In this document: piece after piece, positions 1-8,377 of the stretch
Numbering within the stretch: position 1 is the stretch's first letter
Layout: each line of letters begins with the position of its first letter
Source: Polyangiaceae bacterium
GTDB taxonomy: Bacteria; Myxococcota_A; Polyangia; Polyangiales; Polyangiaceae
DNA length: 64,000 nucleotides
Assembly (NCBI GenBank): GCA_965222375.1
Contig: CBDCTZ010000014.1
Location: forward strand, 64,001-128,000
Direction of reading: 5' to 3'
Notes under the pieces: generated by a model
Told to the model about the DNA's origin: nothing
What the model saw: only the letters and a program-made list of their open reading frames with translations
Database searches by the model: none
Program-made: the position numbers and the translations under genes

Positions 1-1
1 C

Positions 2-310
2 GTCGCTCATGGTCAGTACGGCATCCATCTATCCGGCGGCCCCGCCGGCCCGGAAGTGAACCATCTCAACGTGGCGGCCCCCGGGTTCACGTTCGAGGGC
101 AACCTCATCGCTGGAGGGACTGCGTCGGGCTGGGGCGTGAGCGCGAGCAACGCCTTCCCGGCGAATTTCGGCGCTGTCGGGTTCACCAACCTGGGCGGAG
201 GGAACTACTCCCTCACCGCATCCAGCCCCTACAAAGGAAAGGCCACCGACGGCACGGATCCCGGCGCGGACTACGCGGCGGTGGCCAAGGCCACTCAGGG
301 GGTGAAGTAG
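2..310 (+). CDS. 3' end of a secreted protein, probably beta-helix or carbohydrate-active (5' truncated by window edge)
   Basis: Frame is open from position 2 (VAHGQYGIHLSG...) to TAG at 310. The tail GNYSLTASSPYKGKATDGTDPGAD resembles C-termini of secreted beta-helix proteins. Confidence 0.55.
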   Translation, partial: VAHGQYGIHLSGGPAGPEVNHLNVAAPGFTFEGNLIAGGTASGWGVSASNAFPANFGAVGFTNLGGGNYSLTASSPYKGKATDGTDPGADYAAVAKATQGVK

Positions 311-317
311 GCCCGGC

Positions 318-979
318 TCACTTGCCGAGGATCTGCTTCATCTTCGCCGAACCTTCGAACGCGCTCTTCACCTGAATCATGGTGTGTGCGTAGCCGTCCA
401 CGGCGGGCAATCCCGTAATGCACCAGCCCGGGATGTCGGGTCGCGGCACGAGTTTGCCGAAGGGGTCGATGCCGGCCACGAAGATCTGCCCCACCGCGTT
501 CGGACCGCCCGGGGGTGGATAGTAGGCGTGGCCACCCGCGCTGATTTTGGTGAGCGTCGGACCACGCCCCACTTCCAACACATCAAACGTGATGTGGTCG
601 CCGCCAGCTCCCGAGCACTCGCCGTCTATTCGCACGACCTTGAGCACGGCGACGCTGCACGAGGTCGCGATGGCGCTTTCCGTGCTCGCGTCCGAAGCTC
701 CACCCTCCGCACAAACGCCTCCATCTGCGGTTTGGCCGCCGGCGCCTCCCAAGCTGGCGTCCACTGGGCTCCCTCCGCTGCCCCCGGTCGCACTGCCCCC
801 CGAACCGGCGGTACCCCCGCTCGCTGCGCCGCGCTCGCGACCGCTCCGGTTCCGCCAGAAGCGGTCTGGCCCCCGCTCCCGCTTTTGCCCCCGGTGGCCG
901 GATTGCCGTCGCTCTCCGTATCGCCGGAACACGCGATTACGGCAAAAGAGATCAGGGCGGGGATGGCGAAGCGCGTCAT
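318..979 (-). pseudogene. Gly-rich lipoprotein split by a 1-nt frameshift near 832 (pseudogene or sequence error)
   Basis: Signal peptide and lipobox MTRFAIPALISFAVIAC start at 979. The Gly-rich linker continues in another frame (GAASGGTAGS...) to the stop at 318. The minus strand reads agc gc ggc gca, and one added G restores S-G-G-A. Confidence 0.7.
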
Positions 980-1217
980 GTTTCGAGCATACGCCGCCGT
1001 CGCCGCTTGTCACCCAGCGCGGAGCAAGTTCTTGCGAAAAGGGGGCTCGCTCGCGTGCCCAGAGCCGCAAGATCGGCCCCTCAGCGCTTCAGGGCATCGG
1101 CACATCCGCCAGGGTGAACTCTACGCCGAAGTTCCGCCTGCGGTACCTGCGCTTCCTTCCGCGTCGAGTGGGTTTCGTAGGCAGCGCGGGAGGGCGCCGG
1201 GTGCGTGACCGTCGGAT

Positions 1218-1934
1218 TCAAGTCGAGCATTTTCTTGCACTCCTGGCCTGTTCCAAGATCGCGTTGTTGGCCCAGGCATGAAATTCGAAAACCATGGCGC
1301 GGGCCGAAGCCGAGTCTGCTTTTCGGATCGCGTCGAGTAAGAGTCGGTGCCCCCGCACTTCGGCTGCCCGCTGCCGAGCGGTGTAGAGCAGAGGGGAGAG
1401 CTGCTGTGCGATCTGTCGATGCCAATGCGACAGCATCACGAAGAGTCGGTTGTTGGACGCATGAGCGAGGGCGAGCCCAAAGTCATCCACGGCGGTGAAG
1501 GCGTCGTCGCTCCCCGCCGGGGCTGCTTCAATTCGTTCGACGATCGCTTCGAGCTCTTCAAGGTCAGCTTCGCTACGCCGCTCGGCCACGAGCCCGGCGA
1601 GATGGGCATCCAAAGTCGCGCGGATCTCCAGGAACTCCGCGAGAAAGTCCGGGTCCAGCTGCCCGTGAGGGTCGACCAAGAGCGCGCTGATGACTTTGGG
1701 GGTCAGCGACTCCATCGGATCGAGCACCTCGGTGCCCCGCCGCCGCCGCGGCTCGACCAGGCGATGCACTTCGAGCAGCTTGTTCGCTTCCCGAACCACG
1801 CTGCGGTTCACCCCATAGTCTGCCGCCAGATCTTCTTCCCGCGGCAGGATCGAGCCCACGGGCAGCTGTCCGTATACGATGCGCCCGATCAGGTCGTTGG
1901 CGACCTGGTCGGCCTTTCTGGGGCTTTCCGGCAT
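1218..1934 (-). CDS. GntR/FadR family transcriptional regulator (wHTH + FCD)
   Basis: LPREEDLAADYGVNRSVVREA GntR HTH, then FLEIRATLD and ALAHASNNRLF of the FCD domain. Confidence 0.92.
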   Translation of the reverse strand: MPESPRKADQVANDLIGRIVYGQLPVGSILPREEDLAADYGVNRSVVREANKLLEVHRLVEPRRRRGTEVLDPMESLTPKVISALLVDPHGQLDPDFLAEFLEIRATLDAHLAGLVAERRSEADLEELEAIVERIEAAPAGSDDAFTAVDDFGLALAHASNNRLFVMLSHWHRQIAQQLSPLLYTARQRAAEVRGHRLLLDAIRKADSASARAMVFEFHAWANNAILEQARSARKCST

Positions 1935-2080
1935 GAATCAGGCCGTATAATATGTCGGACTTATTCAGAGTCAAGGCCGCCGGGCCCGATTTTCAGCGAT
2001 TGCCCCAAAGGCCCGCCTGGGACAGGCTCGGCGCCTCGCTGGGCTGGTGCGGGGCGGCGACGTTTTGGAGGCAGATACGG

Positions 2081-2452
2081 ATGACTGATGGGCCGAACAA
2101 AGACCACGGAACTCCCAGTGAGCGGCGGCGCTCGCAGCGCGTGCCAGTCGAGGTTTCGTTGGGAGTGCACAGCGAAAGCAACTTCTTCTCGGGGCTGACT
2201 CAGGATATCTCCGACGGCGGGCTCTTCGTTGCGACGCACACGCCGTTGCCCGCGGGCACTCACGTGACCGTCAACTTCGCTCTTCCCGGTTGCCCCGAAA
2301 TCTCTGCCGAAGGGGATGTGGTTTGGGTCAGCGAACCCATTACCGGGCACCCCGGAATGGGCGTGAAGTTCACGAATTTGAGCTCGGAGAACGAAGCACT
2401 GATCCGCCGCTTCATGGCCAAGCGCGAGCCCATCTATCACGACATGGATTGA
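2081..2452 (+). CDS. PilZ domain protein (TIGR02266-like)
   Basis: RRRSQR and DISDGGLF c-di-GMP motifs, GMGVKF. ATG at 2081 follows a GGAGG RBS. Confidence 0.9.
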   Translation: MTDGPNKDHGTPSERRRSQRVPVEVSLGVHSESNFFSGLTQDISDGGLFVATHTPLPAGTHVTVNFALPGCPEISAEGDVVWVSEPITGHPGMGVKFTNLSSENEALIRRFMAKREPIYHDMD

Positions 2453-2486
2453 CCCGCTGTTCCGCTATTGCCCGCTTCAGAGAGAG

Positions 2487-2727
2487 AACAGGAGGCGGGA
2501 AGGTTGGGAAGGAAGAGGGTTTGGGTTTGTTCGGATCTGTCGCTCCATGCCGCCCGAGCTGCCCCCGCTCGAGCCACCGCACTCGTGCGCGTTGGTGCTC
2601 CGAGCTGGCCCCTGCTCGAGCCACCGCACTCGTCCGCCTTGGCCCAGTGCTAGACGCGAGACCCTTCTGCGCCCCGCGACGCGAACCAATCCCCCTTTCT
2701 CTGACCTTCCCAACCTTCCCGCCTCCT
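2487..2727. repeat. REP/MITE-like inverted-repeat element; right arm interrupted by the IS110 element
   Basis: AGGAGGCGGGAAGGTTGGGAAGG (2490-2512) is a perfect 23-bp inverted repeat of 2705-2727. Removing the IS joins GTT (4396-4398) and extends the match to 26 bp (2487-2512). Confidence 0.85.
2554..2651. repeat. Imperfect ~46-bp tandem repeat inside the REP-like element
   Basis: ccgagctg...gctcgagccaccgcactcgt begins at 2554 and again at 2600. Confidence 0.8.
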
Positions 2728-2846
2728 AGAGGGGGAGATGTCAAGGGCAGATCGATCCCCGATCGGTACGAGAGCAGGTACCGCCCTCCTAGAGGGGGAG
2801 ATGTCAAGGGCAGATCGATCCCCGATCGGTACGAGAGCAGTTACCG
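2722..2846. repeat. 63-bp tandem duplication of the IS right end
   Basis: cctcctagagggggagatgtcaagggcagatcgatccccgatcggtacgagagcag begins at 2722 and at 2785. Confidence 0.95.
2739..2744 (-). promoter_or_regulatory. Outward-facing -35 hexamer TTGACA near the IS right end (second copy at 2802-2807)
   Basis: Perfect TTGACA 11 nt before the AGGA core. IS110 elements are known to assemble a promoter across the circle junction, but the -10 partner here (CATAAG) is weak. Confidence 0.5.
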
Positions 2847-2973
2847 TCCTTGCGTCGATTGGGTGACAGACTCGGCCGAGAGTTGACCGGTCACCCTGCC
2901 GACGTTCCGGCGTTGAAGTCACGTCGAGTCGGACCGGTGCAGTTGATCGGTCGGCGTGACTCGAGCTCGATGG

Positions 2974-3095
2974 AGGGGCAGTGCTCGTGGATCGGCGGGC
3001 GTCGGCATCTGAAGCGGCTTGTGTGCTGCGCAAGGGGCAGTGCTCGTGGATCGGCGGGCGTCGGCATCTGAAGCGGCTTGTGTGCTGCGCAAGGG
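2974..3095. repeat. 59-bp perfect tandem duplication in the IS non-coding region
   Basis: aggggcagtgctcgtggatcggcgggcgtcggcatctgaagcggcttgtgtgctgcgca at 2974-3032 and 3033-3091. Confidence 0.95.
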
Positions 3096-3235
3096 CGGGC
3101 ACCAACCTCCTAGTGGGGACTCTTCTTTGGTCCATGACTTCAGCCGGTAACTCCGAGAGGGCATAGTCTTCCTGTGGGGGCTTGCCGCTACATCAGCAGC
3201 CCAGGCGGGAAGTGGATGCTTCCTCTCGAAACCGG
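3070..3235 (-). ncRNA. Candidate IS110 bridge/seek RNA with target-binding and donor-binding loops (ends approximate)
   Basis: Stem CGAGAGG/CCUCUCG (3228-3222/3160-3154) encloses guides CUUCCCGCCU (3212-3203) and ACAGGAAGAC (3175-3166) around an inner hairpin. A second loop carries CUGAAGUC (3143-3136) and CUAGGAGG (3113-3106) around GGAC/GUCC. Confidence 0.75.
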
Positions 3236-3292
3236 TGAGCCGCGCCGAGAGCGGGCGAGTTGCCAGCCATCGGGGCGTGACGACGACGCTGG

Positions 3293-4136
3293 CTATGAGC
3301 GCTGCGTTTGCTTCGTCGGGTCGTAGGTCTCCTTGTTCTTCCACATGGCGAGCACGGCGGCAGAGACGCGCCGCGCGACGGTGAGCTTGGCTAGATTCGG
3401 CTTGATCCCGGATGCCAGCATACGCTGATACGCTTGCTGCAAGGGATGGTCGGTCATGCGGGCCACGGTAACCGCGGCTCCCTTGAAGACGTTCTTCAAG
3501 ACGGGCTGATGGTTGCGATTGAGGCCACGAGTTTGCGCAACATCCGTTCGAAACCAGCGCCCATCGCGCTGCACGTAGTCCGAACTCGAGCGCATTACGA
3601 CTCCGAGCCCGCAGTACGCCCAGAATTGGCGGCTGGTACGAAAGCGGTGTGGCGAGAGCACCATAGCGACGATCTGACTCGCGCGAATCAGTCCGATGCC
3701 AGGGGCGGTAGACAACATCGCCACAATGGGCACCCGTTTGGCCTCCCGAGAGAGCCAGTTCTCGGCCGCCTCGTGTGTTTGCACCAGAGCATCGAGCTCT
3801 GCGACGAAATGATTGGTCATCACGCGCTGCGCGGGAGGCAACTTCTCGAGCCAGTCCTGCCGGCGCTGTGGGTCGTAGATGGCTGAGCCAAAGCCGTGGA
3901 GGCCCCGCGAGCGATAGCAGGCATGCACGCGATTCTTGACTCGTACCAGATCTTGTTGGGTCAAGATGTAGGCGCGTGATGCCTTGCGCAGTAAGGCGAA
4001 GAGCGTGGGCGCTTTGAAAACACGCACGACGGAGCGGCTTTGGACGCGCATGGCTTCCGCAGCTGCCCAAGCATCGCTGATATCGTTCTTCGCAGCTGCT
4101 GGTGTGCGCGTCGATTCCAACGTAACGTATACTCAT
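3293..4136 (-). pseudogene. IS110-family recombinase/transposase with internal deletion and frameshift
   Basis: AAGGAG RBS, then MSIRYVGIDAHTSSC from 4136. Near 4091 it jumps into another frame at KNDISDA (K-x-D-x-x-D-A motif). The C-terminal half (TAPGIG, QFWAYCGLGVVMRSS, TVARR) is intact to the stop at 3293. Confidence 0.9.
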
Positions 4137-4537
4137 CGGCGTTCTCCTTGTTTTGGGTTGAGGAACCGACAGGGTAGGGCGCCGGTATTCGTTTGTGCAG
4201 GCGGAGGTCCTTGCCGCGCGCAAAACGACTCACAACCGGCGAAGGGGGCCTGACGCGCCAGAGCACGGCCACAGCATTTCCTTCCAGCCGATGCCCATCA
4301 GGTCTCGCGTCTTCGCCGTCAGCACCGCCACCAGGCCGATGCACGCGATGCTCGAAGCAGCGGATCCAAGCGCCACCCCCCTCTTATGTCTTCCTGTTGA
4401 TTCCCCCTGATCGAGGCATGACGGGTGGCAGGGCGTCTGTCTGCACGATACCTCCACACAAGGCACTTGCGTCCTTCGCGGTGGCTCCACGGGAGCGGGC
4501 CATCTTGAGGCTGGACCCAGCCAACAGAGGTCAATGC

Positions 4538-6067
4538 ATGGATGTTCGACAAATCAAGTCTGCCACCAATCTGGCTCCTTTGCCCCGAGCCATGCAGGAG
4601 CCACCCCCGCTCTCGAGTCGCCCGTCGCCGGCACCCGCGCCGCGTACGGCCCTGCTCATCAATCCCTTCTACCCAAAGGACCGCTTTGCGAGCTTCGGTA
4701 AACACGTGCTCACGCCGACGCTGGCCCTCACTAGCGTGGCGGGCGCCACTCCGAAGAGCTGGAGTGTTCGCTACTGGGACGAAAACCTGCTCCAGGGCTC
4801 TCCCCCGCTAGAACCCTTCCCGCAGGTCGTCGGAATCACGGTTCATCTGACCTTCGCCACGCGAGCCTACGCCCTGGCTGACTACTACCGCAGCCGGGGA
4901 GCGGTCGTGGTGCTCGGTGGTTTGCATGCAAGCAGTTGTCCGGAGCAAGTCGCCCGGCACGCTGATGCCGTGGTGGTTGGCGACGGCGTTACGGCCTGGC
5001 CCGAAGTACTACGCGACGTGGAGCATGGCAGGTTGCAGAAGCGCTATGACGGAAGCTTCGCGACACCCTACGCAGACGACCCGCCGCCTCGCCGCGACTT
5101 GCTCGCGCGACAAAGCTATTTGACCACTACGAGCTTGATCGCGACACGCGGCTGTCACAATCGCTGTGGCTTTTGCTATTTGGCCACCGATGGTTTGTTC
5201 ATGCCGTATCGCATGCGTCGGGTGCAGCAGGTCGTCGCGGAGTTCTTGGCCGACGACACGCCCTACGCGGTGTTCACGGACAACAACCTAGGCTCACGCC
5301 CGGAGTACCTGCGAGCGCTGTGTCGCGGCTTGCGACCTCATGACAAGATTTGGAGCGCGGCCGTCACCATCGACGTGACCGACGACGTGAGCCTCGTGCG
5401 TGAGATGGCGCTATCGGGGTGTACGGCGGTATTTGTCGGGTTCGAGTCTCTCAACGGGGCAAACCTGGAAGACGCCAAGAAGAGAACGCCACGCCCCCAG
5501 GACTACGCGCGCCGAGTGCGCATCCTTCACGATCACGGAATCGCGGTGAACGGCAGCTTCGTGCTGGGCTTTGACCATGACCGCAAGGACGTGTTTTCGC
5601 GAACCGCACACTGGGTAGAGGAAAACCGTCTGGAGTGCGCGACGTTTCACATTCTGACGCCCTACCCGCAGACCCCGCTGTTCCGGCAGTTTAAGGCTGA
5701 GGGGCGCTTGCTGCACGAAGATTGGGAGCGCTACGACACCGCCCACGCGGTGTTCCACCCAAAACACATGACCCCGGAAGAGCTCGAGCAGGGATACGTC
5801 TGGATGTACCAGCGGCTGTTTTCTGCAGCGTCTATTTGGCGTCGTCGTCCGGAACGCAGCAATGAAGTGCCCGCCTACATGGCGATGAGTCTGCTGTACA
5901 AGCGCGCCAACACGCTGTGGCCCTTCCTGATCAAGCACCGGCTGACGGCTCAGGTTTGGCGCCCCATGGTCGAAGCGGCGCGCATCCGGCATCTGTTCTA
6001 CCGACGTCGACTGGCCAGAGAGCCGGTTCCTGCGCTGCCCGCCGCGCCCATCTACGCTGGAGTGTGA
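4538..6067 (+). CDS. B12-binding domain radical SAM protein
   Basis: VVLGGLHAS and VVVGDG cobalamin-binding segments, TRGCHNRCGFC CxxxCxxC, VGFESL, ILTPYPQT. Start uncertain (4538 or 4592). Confidence 0.9.
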   Translation: MDVRQIKSATNLAPLPRAMQEPPPLSSRPSPAPAPRTALLINPFYPKDRFASFGKHVLTPTLALTSVAGATPKSWSVRYWDENLLQGSPPLEPFPQVVGITVHLTFATRAYALADYYRSRGAVVVLGGLHASSCPEQVARHADAVVVGDGVTAWPEVLRDVEHGRLQKRYDGSFATPYADDPPPRRDLLARQSYLTTTSLIATRGCHNRCGFCYLATDGLFMPYRMRRVQQVVAEFLADDTPYAVFTDNNLGSRPEYLRALCRGLRPHDKIWSAAVTIDVTDDVSLVREMALSGCTAVFVGFESLNGANLEDAKKRTPRPQDYARRVRILHDHGIAVNGSFVLGFDHDRKDVFSRTAHWVEENRLECATFHILTPYPQTPLFRQFKAEGRLLHEDWERYDTAHAVFHPKHMTPEELEQGYVWMYQRLFSAASIWRRRPERSNEVPAYMAMSLLYKRANTLWPFLIKHRLTAQVWRPMVEAARIRHLFYRRRLAREPVPALPAAPIYAGV

Positions 6068-6286
6068 CGCGTGTCCCCGCACAGGTTGCGCGCGGCTTTC
6101 TCGTGCGCGTCCGCGCACTTGCAGCGACTCCAGCACCCTGACTCGCTTGCCCTACCGAAAAGATGTTCACCCCCAAGGGTGAGGCGGGCCGACTACACGT
6201 AGCGATTGTGGTCCGCCGCGGTGTTGTCGTGCTAAATTTCGGTCAACGCTCTAGCAGTGTTTGCTTGGAGTCCGGAGGCGACCGAG

Positions 6287-7495
6287 ATGCGTGCAATGAC
6301 AGGCGTGTGGAGGAAAGCAACAGTAGCCGCGATGGTGTTGGCCTGCGGCTGGGCGGTCAACTGTGGCGGCACCGAGGACGACAATCTGGTGTCGCCCTGC
6401 AAAGGCGAACTCAAGGGTATTTGTGGCGGTGCCTGCACCAAGAACACGGATTGCGAGTCGGGTCTGTATTGCGGTGGCGACAGCACCTGCACCGCCGACT
6501 GCACCGTAGGTAGCGGCCACTGTAAAGACGGCAAGATTTGCGACATCGTGGGCAAGTGTGTGCCGGGGATCAACGTGGGCGGCAATGGCGCCGATGGCGG
6601 TAGCGCCGAGGGTTGCGTCAAGGCCAACGTCAGCTTCGAAAAAACCACGCCCACAGTCATGCTGCTGATCGACCAGTCCGGCAGCATGGACTCGAACTTC
6701 GGCGGTAGTGATCGCTGGAACACCGTACGCGACGCCCTGATGAACCCGAGCACCGGTATCGTGAAGACCCTGGAGAACGAGGTGCGCTTCGGCTTGGCAC
6801 TGTACACGGGCAAGGGCAACTCGGGCAATTCCTGCCCGAGCTTGGTCGAGGTCAATATCTCTTTGGGTAACTACGCTGCGATCAAGGCCGTCTACGATCA
6901 GGAGCAGCCCGAGAACGACACGCCGACGGGCGAGAGCATTGATGAAGTCGTCAAGACTCTCGTTCCATACAAGGAGCCGGGCCCGAAGGTCATCGTGTTG
7001 GCGACGGATGGAGAGCCCGATACCTGCGCGGTACCCAATCCCCAGAACGGACAACCCGAGAGCATCAAGGCGGCTCAAGACGCGTTCAAGGCGGGCATTG
7101 AAACCTACGTGATCAGTGTCGGTCAGGGTGTGAGCCTCAATCACCTGCAAGACATGGCCAACGCCGGCAAGGGGCTTCCCGTCGGTGGTGCGCAGAACGC
7201 CACCTATTACCAAGCCAACAATCAGTCGGCATTGGTGAGCGCCTTCAACGAGATCATCTACGGTGTGCGCTCCTGCAAGTTCACCCTCGACGGCCAAGTA
7301 GAAGCGAGCGAAGCGGGCAAGGGTACAGTTTTGCTGGATGGCAAGCCGTTGACCTACAACGATCCCAACGGTTGGAAGCTGAACCCGCCCAGCGAGGTCG
7401 AAATCACGGGAACGGCCTGCGATACCATCAAGAGTGGCGATCACAAGGTGGCCATCGACTTCCCCTGCGGCGTCTACAGTCCACCGGTTCAGTAG
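6287..7495 (+). CDS. von Willebrand factor A (VWA) domain lipoprotein with Cys-rich N-terminus
   Basis: GGAGG RBS, signal peptide ending AVNC, MIDAS DQSGSM, TPTG, ATDGEP. Confidence 0.88.
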   Translation: MRAMTGVWRKATVAAMVLACGWAVNCGGTEDDNLVSPCKGELKGICGGACTKNTDCESGLYCGGDSTCTADCTVGSGHCKDGKICDIVGKCVPGINVGGNGADGGSAEGCVKANVSFEKTTPTVMLLIDQSGSMDSNFGGSDRWNTVRDALMNPSTGIVKTLENEVRFGLALYTGKGNSGNSCPSLVEVNISLGNYAAIKAVYDQEQPENDTPTGESIDEVVKTLVPYKEPGPKVIVLATDGEPDTCAVPNPQNGQPESIKAAQDAFKAGIETYVISVGQGVSLNHLQDMANAGKGLPVGGAQNATYYQANNQSALVSAFNEIIYGVRSCKFTLDGQVEASEAGKGTVLLDGKPLTYNDPNGWKLNPPSEVEITGTACDTIKSGDHKVAIDFPCGVYSPPVQ

Positions 7496-7549
7496 ACCCG
7501 GGGCCCAGGGCCCTCCGGGAATAACGCTGCGCCGCGCCGCGTAGAACGC

Positions 7550-8371
7550 TTGGTGACGTCCCGCCGCAAACGGCTGCTTGGTGCCCTGCTGCTGGCGATG
7601 GGGGCAGCAGGGCTGCATGCCGGCTGCGCGCGGGCTCCGCGCAGCCCCCGGGCGCCAGCACCCGGACAGGCCGCAGTCAAGCTGCTGACCTACAACGTCA
7701 ACTATGGCCTGGCGGGAGACGAAGCGACCCTAGCGGCCGTCTTCGAACCCGAAGCCGACATCGTACTGCTGCAAGAGACGACCCAGGCCTGGGAGCGGCA
7801 GATCCGCCCGGTCGCCAAGGCCTACTCCCACGTGGAGTTTCGCGAAGGGCCAGGCGCCGGCGGCATGGCGGTGCTGTCCAAGTATCCGCTCACGGAGCAG
7901 GAGTGGATCGAACCGCCAGAGGGAGGTTGGTTCCCGGCTTGGCGCATGGTGTTCAAGACGCCGATTGGACCGCTGCAGGTACTGAGCGTGCACCTGCGAC
8001 CACAGATGTCGGAAAGCGGTAGCGTTGTGAGCGGCTACCTGACCACTCCGCCGGTTCGCGAAGCGGAAATTGCGCGCTATCAAAAACGCCTGAAGGCGGA
8101 TCTGCCGACGCTGATTGCCGGAGACTTCAACGAAGGACGACGGGGCCTCGCCATTCGCTACCTCGATCGCCGCGGCTACCGCAGTGCGTTGCAAGACTTC
8201 ACTCGAGACACCGACACCTGGCGCTGGCGTTCGAGTGTGGGCTACGTTTCTGCCGAACTCGATCACGTCGTGGTGGGCGAGAAGCTGGAAGCGCTTGAGG
8301 TCCGAGTGCTTGGTTCCGGCAATTCGGACCATCTGCCCATCCTCGCCGTGGTGACCAAGAGAGCGCCCTGA
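7550..8371 (+). CDS. Endonuclease/exonuclease/phosphatase family protein (likely lipoprotein)
   Basis: LLTYNV, DIVLLQE, AGDFN, LDHV and SDHLP motifs; signal ending HAGC. Confidence 0.9.
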   Translation: MVTSRRKRLLGALLLAMGAAGLHAGCARAPRSPRAPAPGQAAVKLLTYNVNYGLAGDEATLAAVFEPEADIVLLQETTQAWERQIRPVAKAYSHVEFREGPGAGGMAVLSKYPLTEQEWIEPPEGGWFPAWRMVFKTPIGPLQVLSVHLRPQMSESGSVVSGYLTTPPVREAEIARYQKRLKADLPTLIAGDFNEGRRGLAIRYLDRRGYRSALQDFTRDTDTWRWRSSVGYVSAELDHVVVGEKLEALEVRVLGSGNSDHLPILAVVTKRAP

Positions 8372-8377
8372 GGCCCC

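Larger units (their letters stand above)
2724..4395 (-). mobile_element. IS110-family insertion sequence with non-coding RNA region downstream of the recombinase; non-autonomous
   Basis: AGGA core on the minus strand at both junctions (4395-4392 and 2727-2724). Joining the flanks regenerates AACAGGAGGCGGGAAGGTTGGGAAGG, identical to 2487-2512. Contains a DEDD/Tnp20 recombinase remnant and a subterminal TTGACA. Confidence 0.88.

Noticed and set aside
2554..3095. Direct repeats as a possible CRISPR array
   Set aside because: Three unrelated two-copy tandem duplications (46, 63 and 59 bp) with no unique spacers, and no cas genes in the window.
2919..4223. 434-aa ORF-track ORF as a real protein
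   Set aside because: Only MSIRYVGIDAHTSSC is meaningful. The rest is out-of-frame read-through across the recombinase and the non-coding end.
2724..4395. AGGA as a classical target-site duplication, and the 23-bp inverted repeat as IS terminal repeats
   Set aside because: IS110 elements recombine at a shared core, and both inverted-repeat arms lie outside the element, so they belong to the target repeat.
7496..7520. GC hairpin after the VWA gene as an intrinsic terminator
   Set aside because: A stem is possible but there is no U-tract, so support is insufficient.
6251..7618. Long antisense or alternate-frame ORFs (also 18585-19931, 29259-30404, 55618-56760, 61225-62187)
   Set aside because: They overlap well-supported genes and are expected shadows in high-GC DNA.
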